Shown piece after piece: positions 59,388-64,000 of a DNA stretch of 64,000 nt. The notes under the pieces are model-generated. The model saw only the letters and a list, made by a program, of their open reading frames with translations, was not told the origin of the DNA and ran no database searches. The stretch's first letter is position 1; the number at the start of each line of letters is the position of its first letter. This DNA comes from Eukaryota sp. TZLM1-RC (Eukaryota; Protista; Metamonada: BaSk clade): positions 2,418,001 through 2,482,000 of the forward strand of contig JAUPSS010000001.1 of the NCBI GenBank assembly GCA_040285825.1, in the 5' to 3' direction. The translations under genes and the position numbers were made by a program.

Positions 59388-60551
59388 CTAATTGGATAAA
59401 TATGTACAGAATTGCTGAATCATGGAAGCAATTTGAATAAAAACATCAAGGTTTGCAGGATCAATACAGCAAAACAACCGACTCAATGATGTTCTTAATT
59501 GATTGAAAATGTCAAAAACGCTTAGTCCACTCAGACTGCAGGAGGTTAACCTAATCATATCGTCCAACAATCCTGCAATACAATGCTCAATTCCAAGTCT
59601 TTCACTAGGAAAATCAGGTTTGAACAGGGTCATATTTACAATAAGTTGGTTAGATAAGCACATGGTTGGATCATGGATGAACTGATTCTCTATTGAAAGC
59701 ACCACTCTTGATTCAACCTCTAACAATTCTCTATTTATGGTATCTAACGCTTGCTTAATCGACAATATTTCCGGAGGTTGCAGATCGTGCCCCATAAGAT
59801 TTAGTACTTCCCTCTTTGCGTTGGTCAAATGTTGCAGTTCCTCTAAAGCAGAGGGATCAATCATTAGAGATTTCAGGTGTTCTGGATCAACACCATATTG
59901 GTTGGCAAGAATGTAAAAATCATTGGAATTTTCAAGCCTTTTTTGTGATTCCAGATGAATTTGAAAATCATCAAAACTTGAAACAATACAAGCATCAACA
60001 ATATGCTCCATGCCATGCTCATCAACTATGCACACTTGACCATCTTCAAATGATACCAATTTACCAACAAGGAGAGAAAGGTCATGCGAAACAATTTGGA
60101 CAACTTCTCCAATGGAGAAGTAGTTGCAAACATTGTCTCTAAAATTGATTCGATGTTGGTTCAATAGATCAAGTTGTTCGCTTACATATCTCTGGGAAAA
60201 GCGTCTTGGCCTAGTTTGTTCATCATCTTGTGAGGTAAAGAAGAGAAAATCGCATTTCGAATAATAAAATTCATTTAATTGAAAAAGTTTAATGTTTCTA
60301 TTCACGTTCAATAATCTTTCCAAACTTAATGGGGGATTTGGAATATGAATGTTGGTTTCTTGAACAGTTCGCACAAAATGGTCAGATGTAAGTGATGAAA
60401 AGCGATATCTTGCATTGTATATCGTAAGGAGCAGTGATATAAGTTTAGGTGACCAAAAATTAAACTTCTCAAACAAGGATTCAGCACAGTTGGATTGGCA
60501 GAGCTCAAAGAATTGATGTAAGGGGTTTGGAGGTTGAGGATGTTGTTGCAT
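59388..60551 (-). CDS. LIN9/ALWAYS EARLY-like protein (DIRP + Tudor-like)
   Basis: EFYYSKCDFLFF and RPRRFSQRYVSEQLDLLNQHR match DIRP motifs (WFYS.ID..F; KPRRFS..F..EE), followed by a Tudor-like beta region. Confidence 0.6.
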   Translation of the reverse strand: MQQHPQPPNPLHQFFELCQSNCAESLFEKFNFWSPKLISLLLTIYNARYRFSSLTSDHFVRTVQETNIHIPNPPLSLERLLNVNRNIKLFQLNEFYYSKCDFLFFTSQDDEQTRPRRFSQRYVSEQLDLLNQHRINFRDNVCNYFSIGEVVQIVSHDLSLLVGKLVSFEDGQVCIVDEHGMEHIVDACIVSSFDDFQIHLESQKRLENSNDFYILANQYGVDPEHLKSLMIDPSALEELQHLTNAKREVLNLMGHDLQPPEILSIKQALDTINRELLEVESRVVLSIENQFIHDPTMCLSNQLIVNMTLFKPDFPSERLGIEHCIAGLLDDMIRLTSCSLSGLSVFDIFNQLRTSLSRLFCCIDPANLDVFIQIASMIQQFCTYLSN

Positions 60552-61046
60552 TATACTGATACCTTCATGTTACCCTTTGGATTTTCCAAGAAGCGGGCAT
60601 CTTGTACAACATTGATAGCTTATAAAAACAAAAAGCATCACCGTTTTTCCTTCCTTTCTTCCTTTTCATTTCTTCCTTTTCCTTTCTTCCTTGATAGCTA
60701 TAACACAATAACTATCCACAACACTTGCAAAACACATCTCCAATGAGTTCCAAACATGTTGAATTAAGCACAACAACAGTGTTCACGAAGATAATGCGTG
60801 TATTGAAGTGTGCATAACGAATGCTGCTTAAAGCAGAATGATTTTTTTTAATAACAGAACAATAAATTTGAAAATACTCAACTATTTTTTTATTAAATTG
60901 AATAATCATTGTGAAAAATTAACATTCATAAAAATAAGCACAGGAACATCAAAACCTCAACCAATGCTAAAAAGCTATTTTATATGACGCATTCCACCAA
61001 AGAAATTCAAATAAATTAAAGATTATTTGATTAAAAAATGTCCCCT

Positions 61047-61676
61047 TCAAATCCTTTTTCCCCTCCTACTACCTGGCTTAACTCTTTCAAATGGAGACTG
61101 GGGACTACCTATCCTTGGACTACCAAGTGAAGAAGCTACGGATGGATCAGGGGACTGTGAAGGGGTACTAAACTGAGAAGATCCAGGAGATGGAACAGGT
61201 TTGGGAGCATCTGCTGGGGCTTGCGAAACAATTTCTGGAGGTGGAGCGGGGTTAAAAGGGTGATGCGGTCGTGGGTATTGGGTTTGCGGTCGGTTTGTGG
61301 AGGTATGGGATGTAGTGAAATAACGTATTTCGGCGTCAGGAGAGTTGTTGACTCCTAGTCGCTTCATATTGCGATTTAAAAGGTCAAATTCATGAGAATA
61401 AGGTGAAATTTGATCACTCGAAGTGGCATTACACAACTGTGAAGGTTTGTGACCATTGTCGAAGTGAGAGGATACAGGAACAATGACCAAAGGGGCGGAG
61501 TAATTGGAAGATTGTACACTCGAATGTTCGTGACCCAAGGACAGTGATTCATTTACAGAGAGCCTTTGTACAGAGTGACAAGCCTTGCCCGAGGGTTGTG
61601 AGCGCCCATGAGTCCTACTTGAATGAGAAGACCGAAACTCCGACGGATCTCTGTTGCGTTTAGGGTGTGTATTCAT
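61047..61676 (-). CDS. Hypothetical Ser/Pro-rich low-complexity protein
   Basis: 209-aa ATG-initiated ORF with elevated GC. Confidence 0.55.
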   Translation of the reverse strand: MNTHPKRNRDPSEFRSSHSSRTHGRSQPSGKACHSVQRLSVNESLSLGHEHSSVQSSNYSAPLVIVPVSSHFDNGHKPSQLCNATSSDQISPYSHEFDLLNRNMKRLGVNNSPDAEIRYFTTSHTSTNRPQTQYPRPHHPFNPAPPPEIVSQAPADAPKPVPSPGSSQFSTPSQSPDPSVASSLGSPRIGSPQSPFERVKPGSRRGKRI

Positions 61677-62100
61677 GAATCAGCAGAACACTAGTGTTGA
61701 ACAACACCTACAGGTTCAGCAAAATCAACAATAGCCCTTCGGGAAAGCACAACACTGGGTAATGAAGAAGGAAACAAGGCTTTTGACTGTTCCTTTTTTG
61801 GGACAATCCTCCTCATCTTTGCAACAAATCATCTTTTCTACAGTAGCTCTTGACAAGCATTTGAAGGTGTTGCTGTGCACAGCCTACTTGAGTCTCTTAT
61901 TGGTCAGATATTCTTTATAAAGATTAATGATAAAATGTTTCAAAAAATTACAATCAAAGATGCAACTAATGAAAAAACAAGTATTTCTAAAGGGTATGGC
62001 AAATTTTAACCTGCTTCAACGTTGATTATTGTTGCTCTGTTACAATTTTTCCGTTCTCAAAAAGTTAAAATACACATGCATATGAGTTAGTGAGAGGATA

Positions 62101-62658
62101 TACATGCAACTCACCTAATCATACCAATGACCATTCAACCAATCATACCAATGACTACTGAAATGACCATAGCACGGACTTTAACACCACAATTGTTATA
62201 TTAATTGTCCCAAAATGGACTTTAAAGATTTGACCAACGATTGTAATAAACAACCATTGGTCAATATACGAAACTAGGAACTTCATATGAGCCTCAGTAA
62301 ATCGTATCAAAAACGATACTCTTACACTTACAGCAATGGTTTTATTAGTTTGCAACATTCAATTGCATACTTTTTGATTTCTTTACTATTTTTACAATTT
62401 AATGTTTAAAAATTAATAAACTCAATTAATTCAAATATATACAAAATCAATTGCAAACGTAATCATGAGTTTGTACTGATCTAGTAACACATAGTCAACA
62501 TTACTCACACACAATTTCACACAAAGTTTGATCACAAGTTGATCACATCTAGTACATAGAGACTACATGCAACTCACCAAATCATACCAATGAACATTGA
62601 ACTAATTATACCAATGACTACTCAAAATACCATAGCACGGACTTTAAAACCACAATTG
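62101..62658. repeat. Imperfect ~95-bp direct repeat pair (62101-62195, 62564-62658)
   Basis: TACATGCAACTCACC.AATCATACCAATGA...CCATAGCACGGACTTTAA.ACCACAATTG occurs twice, each with an internal AATCATACCAATGA-type sub-repeat. Confidence 0.85.
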
Positions 62659-62679
62659 AAATTGAAAACAAATTTTTTT

Positions 62680-63789
62680 TCAATCGATTGACTGTTTTCT
62701 TGCTGGAGTGGGAATTAGTGATTTGTTGACTGCATAGACAAGGGAATGAAGAGAGATCTTGTCTGATGTGGAATCGATGTGGAATTCATTATTTTCAAAC
62801 CACAGTCCTGTTGATTCTTGTTGACCATTGACTTTCTGTGACTCCGATGATGTTTTTGAATGATGTAAGGGGTGAATTGAGATTGACTCTTTATTTACGG
62901 TCGAATTAGACAGTCTATGCATCCAAAGATCATCAACGTCAGGTGGCTTAGTTAGAGCGAATATATTAATGACTACTTTGGCCCCAGGAGGAATATTTGG
63001 AATATTAAAGTAGATTTCCATATATTCATCTGGAAAATAGACAATTTCATCACTTATTCGACTGATAGGATGGACAACAAAATCGTTGGGTGTCACAGAA
63101 CGATCTCCAACTAATATATAGGAAGATGCAAAAACAAACAGATTCGACTTATTAAGATCATCAGGGCCCTTAATTTTGTTTAATTTTGATAACAATTTAG
63201 ATGAAGTTTCAAAAACATTTGCAACCGCTTTGACTGACACTCGAAACGGAGCATGAATTGTCTTTGAAAGAGTATTTGAAACTTTTGAAACATTGGATTC
63301 AGAATTTGAATTTTTGTTTGAAGTGTTGTCGATGATATCACTAATCGACATATTTGAAACTTTGTAAAAAAGCTCAGAATTTTCACTTGAATTATTCATA
63401 TTAGAAGAGAAAAACGAAAACCAATGATAAAATTCTTCAATAGGAACAAAAGAAATATCCAAGATTGCAGGCTTCATAAGCAAACTATCAAAGACGGATG
63501 GGTAATGGAACAGAGGAAAATCACCAATTAAATAATCCGATTTACCGCTAATTTGAACTGCATACTGGTTCACGTCAACTTGACAATCTGGATTAGTCCG
63601 ATGAAATTTGATCCACAGTTTGTCTATCAGAGCCTTCAATGTTTCTTTGTGTTGAATTCGAACAGTTACTCTGACATTGTTTGGCAAAAGAGCACGGACC
63701 ATAAAAAAATCTGCAAGATGCTCCGAGAATTGGCAGAAGTTGGACGGAAGTGGTGGACCTTCGAGGTCAAAGGGACTAGTGTTGACCAT
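62680..63789 (-). pseudogene. PI3-kinase N-terminal part (Ras-binding + C2 domains), no kinase domain; truncated gene or adaptor
   Basis: YAVQISGKSDYLIGDFPLFHY (RBD) and DEYMEIYFNIPNIPPGAKVVINIFA (PI3K C2). The ORF stops at an A-run next to a repeat. Confidence 0.55.
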
Positions 63790-64000
63790 AAAAGACTTTT
63801 CAAAAAATTGATTCTCAGTCGAATGATGAGCTAAACTCCCAAAAAGAGGTTGGCTGTGTAATATCTAAAGTACCAAATGAAGAATGATGTTTCGTTTTTC
63901 ATCTATTTTTACCAATAAAGGTTCAGATGACCTCACATGGAGATGTTTTCATAGAAGTGTCAGTGAATCCCATGCATGGTAATGATACTAATAAAAAGGA

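Noticed and set aside
62101-62658. Direct repeats read as a CRISPR array or LTR pair
   Set aside because: Only two imperfect units, with no regular spacers, TG...CA ends, TSD or PPT.
1-64000. Alternative genetic code
   Set aside because: Conserved genes end at TAA, TAG and TGA where expected; frame breaks are explained by introns or decay.

Overview
AT-rich eukaryotic nuclear DNA in the standard code. Short GT-AG introns of 29-35 nt, an interstitial (TTAGGG)5 tract and flagellar-type genes point to a compact-genome flagellated protist, possibly a metamonad (inference). There are about 20 host genes: amino-acid transporter, PRPP synthetase, CEP95-like, tRNA-binding OB protein, CatSper-beta homolog, NELF-B-like, PB1/CaaX protein, nitroreductase, Rab GDI, RPA32-like, RPAP2/Rtr1, NAGPA-like, Frag1/DRAM-like, GHKL+HEXXH protein, LIN9-like and a truncated PI3K. 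Three tRNA genes are present (Arg-ACG and two intron-containing Tyr-GTA). Intergenic DNA holds a decayed Ty3/Gypsy element, an 829-bp non-autonomous LTR element, many 5'-truncated CRE-like (RT + restriction-like endonuclease) non-LTR copies from about six families, and three Fanzor1 (eukaryotic TnpB) remnants. The most striking observation is that both Fanzor remnants retaining their 3' end finish in the same ~30-nt terminus, which runs directly into the ATG of two unrelated intact host genes. Also notable are palindromes at the primer-binding-site position of two LTR elements, a CatSper-beta homolog, and several duplication-flanked insertions. Protein calls come from motif recognition by eye, not database searches.
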